IMG/VR virus record: IMGVR_UViG_3300036886_000043
Location: 1-64,000 of that record
DNA: 64,000 bases
Strand: one strand, 5' to 3'
Origin: a virus
Under the pieces are notes generated by a model. The model was not told where the DNA came from. It saw only the letters and a list, made by a program, of their open reading frames with translations, and did not search any database. Shown here one piece after another: positions 1 to 9,928 of the stretch (the first letter of the stretch is position 1; every line of letters begins with the position of its first letter). Both the position numbers and the translations under genes were made by a program.

Positions 1-50
1 CGCGAAACAACCGAACGGAGCACAGTGGAGAGCTTTTCGATAGGGGCGGT

Positions 51-245
51 ATGAGCGAGGAAGTTAAGTACGTAAATCCCATTCTTATAGTGCTGGGTCT
101 TGCGTTATGCACATGCCCTGCTGCCCATGGACTGGTCTTCTTCCCCCACCCTCATAGGCCAGAGATTGATCCCAGCTTGGCGATCAGCGCCCTCACGCTG
201 CTCGCAGGCTCACTCGCAGTGCTGAGTGTTCGGCGCAAGAAGTAG
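51..245 (+). CDS. Small exported protein with VPEID-CTERM-like (PEP-CTERM variant) sorting signal
   Basis: Hydrophobic N-terminus; C-terminal PEIDPSLAISALTLLAGSLAVLSVRRKK = PEID motif + TM helix + basic tail. Confidence 0.6.
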   Translation: MSEEVKYVNPILIVLGLALCTCPAAHGLVFFPHPHRPEIDPSLAISALTLLAGSLAVLSVRRKK

Positions 246-328
246 CTGGAAGCCAAAACAGCAGTAGCAACCGGCGCACATCATAGTCGTTTTTATGCTA
301 TGATGCCGCTTGACAGGAGGAAATAGTC

Positions 329-943
329 ATGGTTGAGGGACAAAAGAAGAGGCAGATCGGAAAGGGCATGAAAACCAGGGGAACTAAACGAGTTAAGTCG
401 CAGAGGGAGACGAAAGAGATGACAGCGCAATCCACGAATGAGGGACAGCATACACCTGTTCCAGAGGCAGTTTTGGAGCCTCAAGAGGGGAACGAAACCC
501 CCGGTAACCTAGAGCTCGAAAAAGGCGAAAATTCACTCCAAAATTTGGAAAGTTCTGAGGCGATTGTTGCACATGATGAAGGACTCGAAGCGGCCCTAAA
601 TGAGTCGGCGGGCGAGGTAATCGACGCTGAATTTCGCGAAGGCTACGAACCGGAGCAGGCAAAGCTGAACGTCGAAGCTCTTCAAGCGGCTTATGGGAGT
701 ATGAGGTTTCCCGATCCTCCAAGTGAGGCGGCGGTCAACATGGACATCCGTGGAGTCCCGACTAATTTCCATATTGGTCTGCAACCAGACGGCACCACCA
801 AGATCATCGTGACGATCCAGGAGGGCTACTGGGAAGCCGTGCAGCAGTGGGCTGAAGCGGACGGCGTTCCCGTCGAGCGTTGGCTCTCAGACAGGCTTTA
901 CGAGTACATCAGCACCTACGGGGAACCGGCGAAGGGCAGATGA
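329..943 (+). CDS. Hypothetical protein, acidic N-half, possible RHH-like C-terminus (start may be 419)
   Basis: 204 aa ORF, GGAGG upstream; stop overlaps next start. Confidence 0.6.
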   Translation: MVEGQKKRQIGKGMKTRGTKRVKSQRETKEMTAQSTNEGQHTPVPEAVLEPQEGNETPGNLELEKGENSLQNLESSEAIVAHDEGLEAALNESAGEVIDAEFREGYEPEQAKLNVEALQAAYGSMRFPDPPSEAAVNMDIRGVPTNFHIGLQPDGTTKIIVTIQEGYWEAVQQWAEADGVPVERWLSDRLYEYISTYGEPAKGR

Positions 944-1212
944 TCGTCATAATCATTGTCCGGCGGGCAGTCTGCGAGGTCTGTCAGAAGACTTGGGACT
1001 TGGAGTGGGGCGAAGATCCGCCGTCCAAGTGCAAGCTGTGCGGGAGCAAGGACTGGGAAGAGGCACCGGAGATCCGGGACGCCATCTACATCCGCAAGGG
1101 CATCACGAAGAAGAAGCGGCGGCTGAACCCAGGGGCCGCGTCAGGGGCCAGGCAGGAACGCGGGAAGAAGCAGTGGAGAAGGTTCAAAGACAAAGAGGGC
1201 AATCCTGTCTGA
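940..1212 (+). CDS. Zn-ribbon protein
   Basis: ATGA overlap; CEVC-x3-W...P..CKLC motif. Confidence 0.65.
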   Translation: MIVIIIVRRAVCEVCQKTWDLEWGEDPPSKCKLCGSKDWEEAPEIRDAIYIRKGITKKKRRLNPGAASGARQERGKKQWRRFKDKEGNPV

Positions 1213-1312
1213 GCGAAAGCCGCAGAGAAGCGGGTTGACAGCGGTTCGGAACCATCGTAGGATGTAGGCATATTGTCCTAGCCCGAAAGAGACTAGGTGA
1301 AGGGGAGCAAAG

Positions 1313-1420
1313 ATGACCGACAACTACCGCACCGAGAAGACCACCGAAAAGCATGACGACGCTCAGGGCGCCGAGCCGGCCAAGGACAGCCGAACCACCG
1401 ACGTAAAAGAGAGCAACTGA
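1313..1420 (+). CDS. Small hypothetical protein (35 aa)
   Basis: GGGGAG RBS; MTDNYRTEKTTEKHDDAQ...; below ORF-track cutoff. Confidence 0.4.
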   Translation: MTDNYRTEKTTEKHDDAQGAEPAKDSRTTDVKESN

Positions 1421-1524
1421 TTCCTGGCCGGCAGCGCCGACAGTGAAGTGAAGCACAAGCGGGGGACTTCCAAAAGTGAAGTTCCCCGTTGTGTTTTATG
1501 CCTGATTAGAGCGACAATGGAGCC

Positions 1525-1923
1525 ATGCAGCCCCTCTTCCCTTACGAAGTCGGCATCATGCGCAACGGCGGATACGTCAACGGCCTCCAAGTGTTCACAC
1601 AGCCAGGAGGACCGGGAACGCCGGTGTCTCCGCAGCCTCCGCGGACAAATCCTCCGAGTAACTGGAAAAACCAAGGCGGAATCCCCGTATACCCCACGGC
1701 GTTCGTAGGTTTGCTCAGTTGGGGATGCGGGCATTGGACGAACACGGCGGAAATTGTGACCGTGGACAACCCATACGACGATTGCCGCGCCGCACTTGTT
1801 TGTTGCCCGTGTTGTTCCTATATACAAGAAATCATTGAGCCCGCTTCGGATTGGTGGGTCGAGTGGTACTCGCTTTTCCCTGTTGGCGTGAAACAAAATG
1901 CTTTTTCTCAAGTCGAAGCCTGA
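1525..1923 (+). CDS. Hypothetical protein, Cys-containing
   Basis: GGAG RBS, 132 aa. Confidence 0.6.
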   Translation: MQPLFPYEVGIMRNGGYVNGLQVFTQPGGPGTPVSPQPPRTNPPSNWKNQGGIPVYPTAFVGLLSWGCGHWTNTAEIVTVDNPYDDCRAALVCCPCCSYIQEIIEPASDWWVEWYSLFPVGVKQNAFSQVEA

Positions 1924-1962
1924 TGTATACTTAAGGGGATGCTTGGGCGAAGAGGAAGCTCA

Positions 1963-2232
1963 ATGATAAGAGTTAAGGCGGTATGGCAATGCGATAGGTG
2001 TTCACTGCAATGGATCGCCGACACCCCGCCTGATACCTGCCCAAAATGCGTCCGACACTTCAGTGGCCCAGTCACAATCCGGCTTGCCGGCCGCGATATA
2101 GAAATCTCGTCCGTTCGCCTTTACGGCGACAATCCATTGAAGAAAGCCGCAACCGGCCTTGATTCCCTACGTCTTGGGATACGCTGCCCGCATAATTGGA
2201 TTGCCCCGCATCTTTGCCCAGAGTGCGGATAA
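1963..2232 (+). CDS. Zn-ribbon protein
   Basis: WQCDRCSLQW...PDTCPKC motif. Confidence 0.6.
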   Translation: MIRVKAVWQCDRCSLQWIADTPPDTCPKCVRHFSGPVTIRLAGRDIEISSVRLYGDNPLKKAATGLDSLRLGIRCPHNWIAPHLCPECG

Positions 2233-2255
2233 TCATTAGTGCAACAATAGGCCCC

Positions 2256-2284
2256 TTGACACAGCCCACTTCTCCCCCTATAGT
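2256..2284 (+). promoter_or_regulatory. Sigma70-type promoter
   Basis: TTGACA-17bp-TATAGT. Confidence 0.7.
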
Positions 2285-2341
2285 GAGTTTGCATGGAGAT
2301 ATGCAGGCAGTATTCCCAATGCAACTAAAAGGAGGGTACAC

Positions 2342-2548
2342 GTGAAGGTTGAAATTGTAGGGGACAATTTGGTGGTGACGGCGCCGATCAGCAAGGCGCT
2401 GTCGAGCAGTGGCAAAAGTTTTCTACTGGTAACGTCCAGCGGCAACATCACAACCGACTGCACTTTTGAGGGGCAGAAGGTGGTTGTAGGATTAAACGCC
2501 TACGTGCCCAATCCGAACTACGTGGCGCCGGTAAAGGCCAAGAAGTAA
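2342..2548 (+). CDS. Small phage hypothetical protein
   Basis: AGGAGG RBS, GTG start; SSSGKS..V.SSGN...VGLNAY pattern. Confidence 0.7.
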   Translation: MKVEIVGDNLVVTAPISKALSSSGKSFLLVTSSGNITTDCTFEGQKVVVGLNAYVPNPNYVAPVKAKK

Positions 2549-2709
2549 GACTGGCAGGCTCGTCCTGCCCAAGCCGCTACAGTTCCTCACCAACCGAGAG
2601 GCTGATGGAACATTCGCATAGCAGAACAAAGCCGTCGAACCTCAAGTAGCGGCTTGGGCAGGGCAAGAATTCCAAAATTTGGAAAAACAGGAAAGGGAGG
2701 GAACAAGAA

Positions 2710-3570
2710 ATGGCAGACCGTTTTCAGAGTGTAGGGGAAGGGAAGATCGAGGGCCGGAAGCTCGACCCGCGTACCATCATCATCCGCAAGGATTTCAACT
2801 ACCGCGACCTCTCCAGTGAGGCGACTCAGAAGCATATCGCATGGCTGAAGGAGTCGATCAAGGCCGAGGGTGTCGAGATACCCGTCAGGGTCCAATTCAT
2901 CAGCGGCAAGGTGTATCTGGTCGATGGCCAGTGCCGCGTGGAAGCCTGCAAACAACTCTTCAAAGAAGGCGAGAAGGTGCCGTACAAAGGCGGCGGCTTT
3001 GGACCTCCGCTGGTGCCGGCGCTGGCAGTGGCTGGCGATGAGGCCGACATGCTGGCGGCTTCGATGGTGGCGAACGGATCTCTGCCTCCGACGAAGATTG
3101 AGTTTGGGGTAGCGGCTGACCGGCTGCTGAAGCTGGGCTGGACGGTGGAGAAGGTCGCTCTCTACATTCCGTCGCACGTGGGCGTGAAGGGCTTCAAGGC
3201 GGCCCGGTACGTCAAAGAGGCTGTGGAGCTTCACCATGCACCGATCAGCGTCAAAAAGGCGGTACAGGAAGGCAAGGATGGGGTGAAATTGAGCGCATCC
3301 GCTGCCTTGAAGATCGCCAGGGAGAACCCGCTGGACCCGGAACCCGCAATTCAGGCCGAGGTTGACAAGGCCAAAGCCGCAGGGAAGACGGAAGCGAAGA
3401 GGCCGAAGGGCGCCGGCGAAGCAACGAAGGCCAAGGAAGCAACCAAGGCGCAGATCGACAAGTGGCTTGAGAAAGCCGATGCGTTGGCGGAGATTGCCCT
3501 TGACCTGACGCTGGGCCGGGATGAAGTGGTGTCTGCCGCGGATTCCTACGTCAGAAGCCGGGGGCGTTGA
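2710..3570 (+). CDS. ParB/Srx N-terminal domain protein
   Basis: FNYR...LKESIKAEGVEIPVRV...YLVDGQCRVEAC ParB-type motifs followed by helix-turn-helix-like region. Confidence 0.8.
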   Translation: MADRFQSVGEGKIEGRKLDPRTIIIRKDFNYRDLSSEATQKHIAWLKESIKAEGVEIPVRVQFISGKVYLVDGQCRVEACKQLFKEGEKVPYKGGGFGPPLVPALAVAGDEADMLAASMVANGSLPPTKIEFGVAADRLLKLGWTVEKVALYIPSHVGVKGFKAARYVKEAVELHHAPISVKKAVQEGKDGVKLSASAALKIARENPLDPEPAIQAEVDKAKAAGKTEAKRPKGAGEATKAKEATKAQIDKWLEKADALAEIALDLTLGRDEVVSAADSYVRSRGR

Positions 3571-3679
3571 CTTGCGCCAGTCTGGGGTTAGAGTAATGAG
3601 GTGGTTGATGCGGCTGTCTTTTGTGGCAGCGATTCTTTGGGGGTTAACCAGGTAGGATTTTCCAAAGTTTGGAGTCTTT

Positions 3680-3940
3680 ATGGAATGTCCAGTTTGCAAC
3701 GGGGATCAGTTTCTCAAGCGGCAGGTAGATGTAAGCGAAGTCTACGGCAAGCCGACCAATGCAACGGTTACGAGGATATGCCCGAACTGTTTGGGCAGCG
3801 GGGAAGGGGAATTGCCGCTATCTGGAAAAGATTTGGCGGCAGGAGGGGGTATTGGGGATGGAGAGCGACAGAATTTGTCGGGAGGAGTTCCAATCGGCAG
3901 TGGGGAACGTGATGGCGGAACTGTACAACACCCACGATGA
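3680..3940 (+). CDS. Small Zn-finger protein
   Basis: CPVCNG...CPNCLGSG; GGAG RBS. Confidence 0.55.
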   Translation: MECPVCNGDQFLKRQVDVSEVYGKPTNATVTRICPNCLGSGEGELPLSGKDLAAGGGIGDGERQNLSGGVPIGSGERDGGTVQHPR

Positions 3941-4067
3941 GTTTCGGCATGACCGTATCAGCCGAGACGCTTATGTGCAACGAGTAGCAACGCTGAGGCA
4001 GGTTGGGCAGCGGTTTCAAACGGAGTTCAGGCAGGGGCACCGCATCATGGCGGCGCCGACGAGGTAA
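3912..4067 (+). CDS. Hypothetical protein
   Basis: ATG downstream of GGGGA; 51 aa. Confidence 0.4.
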   Translation: MAELYNTHDEFRHDRISRDAYVQRVATLRQVGQRFQTEFRQGHRIMAAPTR

Positions 4068-4091
4068 CCGGCCGCACTGGAGGAAAGCACG

Positions 4092-4295
4092 ATGGCAAGG
4101 TACAAGAAAGCAGTACAGTCTAAGGGCGATTACGTCCTTGATTATGTCGAATCGTTTCGCGGCATCCGCCCCTGTCTTTTCATCGGAAGGGGACGTGTGG
4201 CGGGCAACACCAGCTCCATTCCCAGCGGCCTTCACTCAACCCCACGTAAAGCATGGGAAGCCGCTGCGATGGCATTGAAGCTGAAGGCAGTCTAA
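4092..4295 (+). CDS. Hypothetical protein
   Basis: GGAGG RBS. Confidence 0.6.
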   Translation: MARYKKAVQSKGDYVLDYVESFRGIRPCLFIGRGRVAGNTSSIPSGLHSTPRKAWEAAAMALKLKAV

Positions 4296-4415
4296 CCCCG
4301 ACAGGCTTGCCCTGCCCAGGCTGCTAGACGCTGAGGCTTGTAGGAGGTGGCCGAAATGTCAACCGATTGCTTTCCTAGCAGCCTGGGGAGCGCAAGATGC
4401 TCTAATGGAGGGATT

Positions 4416-4778
4416 ATGGCACTGATGATTCACGATACGACGGGCACTCAAACGGACTCGGTAGCTCCTTTGAGCCGGAAGAAGCTCAAGCAGTTGATGC
4501 GGAAGAATCCCAATTTGACGGCGGTTACTTTTCAGGAGAGATTCGGACGCCGCATCGGGCTCGGTTTCTTCTCCAGGCTGAACAAGAAGCGGCAGGAGAG
4601 GGCCAACAAGCGCCGGCTGCACGCCAAGCGGTCCTTGCCGGATGGCACGGCTTTCCAGTTGCTTCCGACCGTCGCGGATCTCGAAGTGATGAAGCCGACG
4701 ATCTTCGAGCGTATAGGCTCGATGTTCAAGAACCTTCGCCGGCGTGCGGAGCGCGAGAGCGCAAGGAAGGGAGCCTGA
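4416..4778 (+). CDS. Basic hypothetical protein
   Basis: GGAGG RBS. Confidence 0.6.
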   Translation: MALMIHDTTGTQTDSVAPLSRKKLKQLMRKNPNLTAVTFQERFGRRIGLGFFSRLNKKRQERANKRRLHAKRSLPDGTAFQLLPTVADLEVMKPTIFERIGSMFKNLRRRAERESARKGA

Positions 4779-5094
4779 CTTGTTCAATTATTTGGCGACT
4801 TTGCGATTGAACAACGGGGCTTTGATGGTTGGCCCCAAGCGGCGCGTGGTCTTCGCTAACGGGGTCCACTCAAAGGATTACCGCAGCAACGGCGGGTCAG
4901 CCACGCGGTATGAGGTCAAGAGGGCTTTGGCTCCTCTGTCCGGGTACTGGTCGAAGCCGAGCGAGGCCGATCATGTACCGGGAGCTCCAGTCCAAAAGGA
5001 TGTGCCGGTGATGTCTTTTTACGAGTTCCGGCTGAAGGCGAAGCGTCTTTTGACGGACGCGGGGCTGCTGCGGCCTACGCCGGCCGAGGATTAA
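4744..5094 (+). CDS. Hypothetical protein (start uncertain)
   Basis: ORF followed by terminator. Confidence 0.5.
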   Translation: MRSARAQGREPDLFNYLATLRLNNGALMVGPKRRVVFANGVHSKDYRSNGGSATRYEVKRALAPLSGYWSKPSEADHVPGAPVQKDVPVMSFYEFRLKAKRLLTDAGLLRPTPAED

Positions 5095-5112
5095 GTGCAA
5101 CCCTTTTGAGCG

Positions 5113-5142
5113 AGGCCCTGCTGAGTGCGGGGCTTCTTTTTC
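5113..5142 (+). terminator. Intrinsic terminator
   Basis: AGGCCCTGC-loop-GCGGGGCTT followed by T-run. Confidence 0.7.
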
Positions 5143-5178
5143 TCTGGAATAGTGAAACAATAGAGGTACGGAGGTAGT

Positions 5179-5532
5179 ATGTCGATCAAGCTAAATTCCA
5201 TCGTTTGCGATGTGTGCGGCATTGAGAAGAAATCAGTTAATCATTGGTGGTGGCTTCATCTGGAAGGCAGGAAGTTTGTCTCCGGTTCGTTGAAGAATCA
5301 GAGGGTGCCGCGTGAGGAAGACCACCACGCCTGCGGCTCGGATCATGCGGGGACTCTCTACCAGCGGTTTATGGCAAACGGCAATCTTGACAAAGAGATG
5401 CACGAGCGCCGGATTCCTGAGCCGGTGGGTTTGACTGAAGCTGGCGCATTGGGGAAGGAGCCGGCGGTCGAAGAATTACACGAGGAGGATGAGCAAACCG
5501 CAACCGAGGGGCTGGAAAAGAACATCCAGTAG
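5179..5532 (+). CDS. Hypothetical protein with CDVC motif
   Basis: GGAGG RBS; CDVCG...HACG..H. Confidence 0.65.
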   Translation: MSIKLNSIVCDVCGIEKKSVNHWWWLHLEGRKFVSGSLKNQRVPREEDHHACGSDHAGTLYQRFMANGNLDKEMHERRIPEPVGLTEAGALGKEPAVEELHEEDEQTATEGLEKNIQ

Positions 5533-5583
5533 GGGTCTTGCTTTCTCGTTACAAGCTGCAACAATAGAGGTATGGAGGGCGGT

Positions 5584-5814
5584 ATGACTTCTTTGGGGAA
5601 GAGGAAGACCCGTCTGATTTTTACTACCTGCGACACCGTGCGAGAGCGCGGCAAGTTGCGCGAGGTTGTGATCGAAGCACAGACGCATTATGCGGTTGTG
5701 CGACTGGCCGGGATGAGAAAGCGTTTCCCAATCAGCTATGCAACCATCTACCAAACAGCGGCGAAAATTGCCGCAGAGCGGTTGAGAGCTGAGAAGAAAG
5801 CAAAGCGGAAATAG
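5584..5814 (+). CDS. Hypothetical protein
   Basis: GGAGG RBS. Confidence 0.6.
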   Translation: MTSLGKRKTRLIFTTCDTVRERGKLREVVIEAQTHYAVVRLAGMRKRFPISYATIYQTAAKIAAERLRAEKKAKRK

Positions 5815-5865
5815 TTGGAGGCTGGGGTCTTGTAAAAGGCTCTGGCCTTCTCTATTGTGGGGAGC

Positions 5866-6309
5866 ATGAGAAACCGGCGCAGGACAATCGAATCTCTGAA
5901 GCGGCTTGCGGAGCGGCCTGGAACCAAGGCCGAAGGGGAGACTGCACGACGGCTGCTTGAGCAGATGGGTGTGAAGCCGAAGCGCAGTTTCCCAGTGGTA
6001 CAGTTCAATCCCAGCACGTTCCCGCTAGGGACGCGCATCTTTTACTGCTACTGGTGCTACCCCAACGATGCCGGCACTGTCCGAAAGCTACCGCCGCGCT
6101 GGATTCAAGGTAAGTGGTGGGTTCACATCAAGTTCGACAGGTTAAAGCAGCCGCGATGGGTTCCGGTGACGAGTGCGAAGGGATGCCATATTGCGACCGA
6201 GCCGTTTACTGGCGAATTTGCCCGCTGGATGGAATTGACATGGACTGAGGACTTGGAAGATCACGATGCCCAAATGGAAGAATTAAGGCGGGCATGTACG
6301 GGGCATTGA
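5866..6309 (+). CDS. Hypothetical protein, DUF2786-like N-terminal helix pair
   Basis: IESLKRLAERPGTKAEGETARRLL; promoter TTGTAA-17-TATTGT ends 7 nt before ATG. Confidence 0.55.
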   Translation: MRNRRRTIESLKRLAERPGTKAEGETARRLLEQMGVKPKRSFPVVQFNPSTFPLGTRIFYCYWCYPNDAGTVRKLPPRWIQGKWWVHIKFDRLKQPRWVPVTSAKGCHIATEPFTGEFARWMELTWTEDLEDHDAQMEELRRACTGH

Positions 6310-6364
6310 CAATCTGCAACGATGCGTCATTATGGGGGAGTCGGCAACTAGCCGAGGAGGAAAT

Positions 6365-6700
6365 ATGGGAATCAAGGTAAAGATTCAAGTCAAAGGTGGA
6401 GTGGCGGAAGTGGTCGAGTGTCCGCAGGATGTGGACGTGGAGATCGAAGACCTGGACGGGCAGGACGAGCCGGAGACGGGCGACGGCAAGGCAGTATGGG
6501 AAAAGGACCATCCCCCGCTCTCCGCCGAAGTGGTAGCGGCCCGCGCCGGGATACTCCCTCACGACCCGCAGGACGACGAGCCGGAAGGGGAACACGACCC
6601 GGTGACGTGCGGCTGTGCGTACATGGGGAACGACTGCTGGAGTTGCGGCCACATCGACAACGACACAATCAGCAATCTCAGGCCGCAGGAAGCGGAGTAG
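6365..6700 (+). CDS. Acidic hypothetical protein
   Basis: GAGGAGG RBS; V.GGVAEV...DVDVEI.D.D pattern. Confidence 0.65.
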   Translation: MGIKVKIQVKGGVAEVVECPQDVDVEIEDLDGQDEPETGDGKAVWEKDHPPLSAEVVAARAGILPHDPQDDEPEGEHDPVTCGCAYMGNDCWSCGHIDNDTISNLRPQEAE

Positions 6701-6936
6701 GATTCCAAAATTTGGAAAGCGGGGGGCGGTCGAGGCCGCTCCCCCGGAGGGTAGGGGCATGATGATGAGAACGCGATTCCCGAAACGTCGGGATGATGGC
6801 AAGCGGAGCGCCCGGAAGCGTTATCAGGCAATAGGGCGGAAGCTGGCACGGAAGGCGAAGGCCGCAGCGTAACGAACCAGGGCGGGGGATTGAAAAATCC
6901 CCCGTTTCTGTCAGTATGGGGATGGAGGGAAACACA

Positions 6937-7311
6937 ATGTTCGCAATACGTAAAGGGAACACAATCACAATCGCACCGTTGGAAGATGCTCTGGTGGGCT
7001 TGCAGTCCGGCTGGGCTATCCGTTTCGCCGATAAGCCTCAATTCCTCTTCCACATTTCGCGCAAGAACCTTGACGGCTCGAAAATGACAATGGATCGGGC
7101 AATTGAGAACTGTGCGCGTATCGCCAGACGCGAAGGGCTTGATCTTCGCTCCAATGCCTGTGACGCGCAAGTCTTTGAGTTGGCTACCGATGGAGAGCAC
7201 AAGGCGTGTGAGTTGCTCGGCATCCCATTTCCACCCGCTGATCGTCTTCTCCCGGCTGTGACGCTAGTGCGAGATCGCTTGGCCGCGCTGGAGGCTCCAT
7301 GCAGAATCTAG
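6937..7311 (+). CDS. Hypothetical protein
   Basis: GGAGG RBS. Confidence 0.6.
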   Translation: MFAIRKGNTITIAPLEDALVGLQSGWAIRFADKPQFLFHISRKNLDGSKMTMDRAIENCARIARREGLDLRSNACDAQVFELATDGEHKACELLGIPFPPADRLLPAVTLVRDRLAALEAPCRI

Positions 7312-7447
7312 TGTGGAGAGTCCGCTGGAAGAACCTTGAAGGATGGCAGTATTCACCCAAAACTTTCACATCGGTAGACAAGGCGCGGAAAGAAGCTGAC
7401 AGAATTCCCGTTCCATGGCCGATTGATATTGTCCCGGAGGTTAGGTC

Positions 7448-7675
7448 ATGACACTTTCTGCAATCGAGTACCTCTACCGCCCGATGTATCGCTCCGCGCA
7501 CAATTCAGCCTTTCCGCCTGATGTGACCTGGGATTACGTCGAAGCCCCTGCCTCCGATCCGATGATTGCAGTTCGGCGCGGCCTGCCACTGTCCCGTCAA
7601 CCGTTCGGCGTGATCGCCTTGAATCGCCGGCTAACGTCTCAAGAGCGCACAGAATACCAGATGGAGATCGTATGA
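7448..7675 (+). CDS. Possible DarA C-terminal-like (defence-against-restriction-related) small protein
   Basis: Y.YRP...FPP...FGVIALNRRLTSQERTEYQM resembles the DarA_C pattern as recalled. Confidence 0.4.
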   Translation: MTLSAIEYLYRPMYRSAHNSAFPPDVTWDYVEAPASDPMIAVRRGLPLSRQPFGVIALNRRLTSQERTEYQMEIV

Positions 7676-8412
7676 AAACGGCAGCTCAGAAATACTCCGA
7701 ATCCAATGCAGAGGCTATCCTAGCCTACTTTCGCGGCGTAGACGGTACGTTCGTTCCCACTCCCGCGCATCCTTCCCCCCGGTATCCGATGGTTGACGAT
7801 ACTGTCGGGATTCACACCGTCCGGCTATCACAGAGCACACTCGCCGGGTACTTGGAACAGGCGTTTGTAGCAGGCGAACGGGCAGAGTTCGGCAGGATTA
7901 CTGGAAAGAAGTCTCCCTTTAAGCGAGAAGGCTTGCACTCTCATGAGGAGCCGATGCCCGGTCGCCATTCTCCCTGGAATCGTGATTGTCCACAGTGCGT
8001 TGCCGACAAGCTGATTTCGCAAGGGAACGTACCCGGCGTTGAGGATTCATGCGTTGAGGAACCGGAGCAGCTCACTGGAAAGCCACTCCCTCCAATCGCA
8101 ATAACCATGTTAGAGAGAATGTTAGCACGGCAGAACGCTATCGCCATAATCTCCGGGAAGGATGAGAAATGCGAGGTATGTGGAGGCGATCATAAGGATT
8201 ACATGGTTCATGGGGCTACTCTGCCAACGCGCAAATTATCTAATGCGGTTGACGAACTGATCCGCCACGATGAATCACGCACTGACGAAAAGCTCTTACA
8301 GGCAATTGCAGCGGCGGACGCGGAGGCAGATCGTTTAGAGGGACGCACTCCAAAACACGGCCTGAATCTCGGAGCCTACCGGAACGTGTTCGATGCGGAC
8401 GGTGAACAATGA
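7672..8412 (+). CDS. Hypothetical protein
   Basis: 246 aa, overlapping start/stop chain. Confidence 0.6.
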   Translation: MKTAAQKYSESNAEAILAYFRGVDGTFVPTPAHPSPRYPMVDDTVGIHTVRLSQSTLAGYLEQAFVAGERAEFGRITGKKSPFKREGLHSHEEPMPGRHSPWNRDCPQCVADKLISQGNVPGVEDSCVEEPEQLTGKPLPPIAITMLERMLARQNAIAIISGKDEKCEVCGGDHKDYMVHGATLPTRKLSNAVDELIRHDESRTDEKLLQAIAAADAEADRLEGRTPKHGLNLGAYRNVFDADGEQ

Positions 8413-8717
8413 ACAACGACGAAATGGTAGTCAAGACAGTTTGGAAAAGCGCCCATGCGGTGCGGGATTGGCCGGGTAAGGTAACGATCCGCCGCTTTAG
8501 CCCATTCAAGAACGAAAAGATTGAAGGCGAAGGCGCAACGGAAGCGGATGCTTGGAAGAATACGGCTGACAAGATTCGCGCTCTTTGGAAGCCTGAGTGG
8601 GTTGTCGATGTTATTACGTCAGAGCAACAGGCGATTGCCGATGAAGCCGACTGGCAGGCAATGGTTAACGAAAAGGAAAAACAAAGACGAATTGCGAATC
8701 GAAAGGAGAACCGATAA
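8409..8717 (+). CDS. Hypothetical protein
   Basis: ATGA coupling. Confidence 0.6.
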   Translation: MNNDEMVVKTVWKSAHAVRDWPGKVTIRRFSPFKNEKIEGEGATEADAWKNTADKIRALWKPEWVVDVITSEQQAIADEADWQAMVNEKEKQRRIANRKENR

Positions 8718-9064
8718 TGAAGCCCATCGACAGAATGTGTCCAGCTTGCAAGGTTCCTCCTGGCGTTGGTTGCCTACCGTTTGGCGTTAAACCCGGCTGT
8801 GGGTATCCGATGAAAGGGTTCCACTGGGAACGGCGCAATCAAAGGGAAACAAAGATTGCCTACCCAACGCCGAGAGATTTGCAGGATTGGCGCAAGGCTC
8901 TGGCCGATGATCGCGAGAAATATGTCAATCAACCGCGAGTTAAAATCTTGGCCCTTATTGATCGTATCGCCATGCTGGAGCACAAGTTACGCGGTGCAGT
9001 CCTGGCCGTGGATATTCTCGATTACACAGTCACAGAACAGGAGAAAACAGCAAGATGCCTATGA
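8717..9064 (+). CDS. Hypothetical Zn-finger protein
   Basis: CPAC..PPG..C...H..R; AAGGAG RBS. Confidence 0.6.
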   Translation: MKPIDRMCPACKVPPGVGCLPFGVKPGCGYPMKGFHWERRNQRETKIAYPTPRDLQDWRKALADDREKYVNQPRVKILALIDRIAMLEHKLRGAVLAVDILDYTVTEQEKTARCL

Positions 9065-9300
9065 ATGAAAACATTGCCGCCGGTCCTATTGAAGGCCCCG
9101 GTCGGTGCGAGATCGAAATTCGCTGGAACGCGCAGGCGAGAGCGTTCTTTGTAGAGTACGGCAATGCGCGCTTTTCGGTGACGAGGTTAGGCGCGATTAT
9201 CCTCGGAGACGCTTTGCGTGAAGCTGTAAGGACTCTAACGGTTGCTCAGTATACCGGCCATGAAGAGAACAATTTACTGACATATACCGAGGAGGATTGA
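9061..9300 (+). CDS. Hypothetical protein
   Basis: Coupled ORF. Confidence 0.5.
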   Translation: MNENIAAGPIEGPGRCEIEIRWNAQARAFFVEYGNARFSVTRLGAIILGDALREAVRTLTVAQYTGHEENNLLTYTEED

Positions 9301-9506
9301 CAATGGATTGCACATCAGCATTTCGGCAGTGGTGGGACGATTTAACACGAGAAGGCGACCCGATGCGCATCCCTAACCCTTGCGCAAAAGGATTCACGGC
9401 AGGCTGGTACGCTTGCGAACGGGAACATGAACGCCAGAGGGAAGAAACGCTCCGCCAGAGAGAGTTTGTAGAGCGTCACGTCGAGGGAACAGCCACAAAA
9501 GCGTAG
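9297..9506 (+). CDS. Hypothetical protein
   Basis: GAGGAGG RBS. Confidence 0.55.
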   Translation: MTMDCTSAFRQWWDDLTREGDPMRIPNPCAKGFTAGWYACEREHERQREETLRQREFVERHVEGTATKA

Positions 9507-9546
9507 GGGCATTGCAACGATGCCCCTGTAGCTGCATTATGGGGAA

Positions 9547-9867
9547 GTGATGAAAGCAACAGCCCACAACACGCATTTTAGAATCATTCCGCACGATGTA
9601 GTGGAGTGGTGCCAACGCTGCCACATGGAAAAGCCGCAGGATGTAGCCGTAGCTTTCCAGCGTGACGGTACTGCAACCTTTCGGTTCCTGTGCGCGAAGT
9701 GTGAGCGTATGGAGCGCAGCCTAAACCAGCCGCGATTGTTCGGGAAAGATACGCCGATGTTGACGTTTGCGGACCCGGATGAGGCAATCGAGGCCGTGGA
9801 GGAGCCGGAGCCTGTCGAGTACGAGAGTCCGCAACTGAGCTTATTTGGTGGGGCCTTTACATTTTAG
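9547..9867 (+). CDS. Hypothetical Zn-finger protein
   Basis: CQRC...CAKC; promoter TTGCAA-17-CATTAT directly upstream. Confidence 0.6.
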   Translation: MMKATAHNTHFRIIPHDVVEWCQRCHMEKPQDVAVAFQRDGTATFRFLCAKCERMERSLNQPRLFGKDTPMLTFADPDEAIEAVEEPEPVEYESPQLSLFGGAFTF

Positions 9868-9928
9868 GAACTGCAACGATACTGAAAATGGGCGGCTAGA
9901 TCCGAAAGCCGCAGAGAGAAAGGGAATC

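Noticed and set aside
2587-3699. Long minus-strand ORFs (370 aa here; also 24295-25404 and others)
   Set aside because: Antisense shadows of well-supported plus-strand genes.
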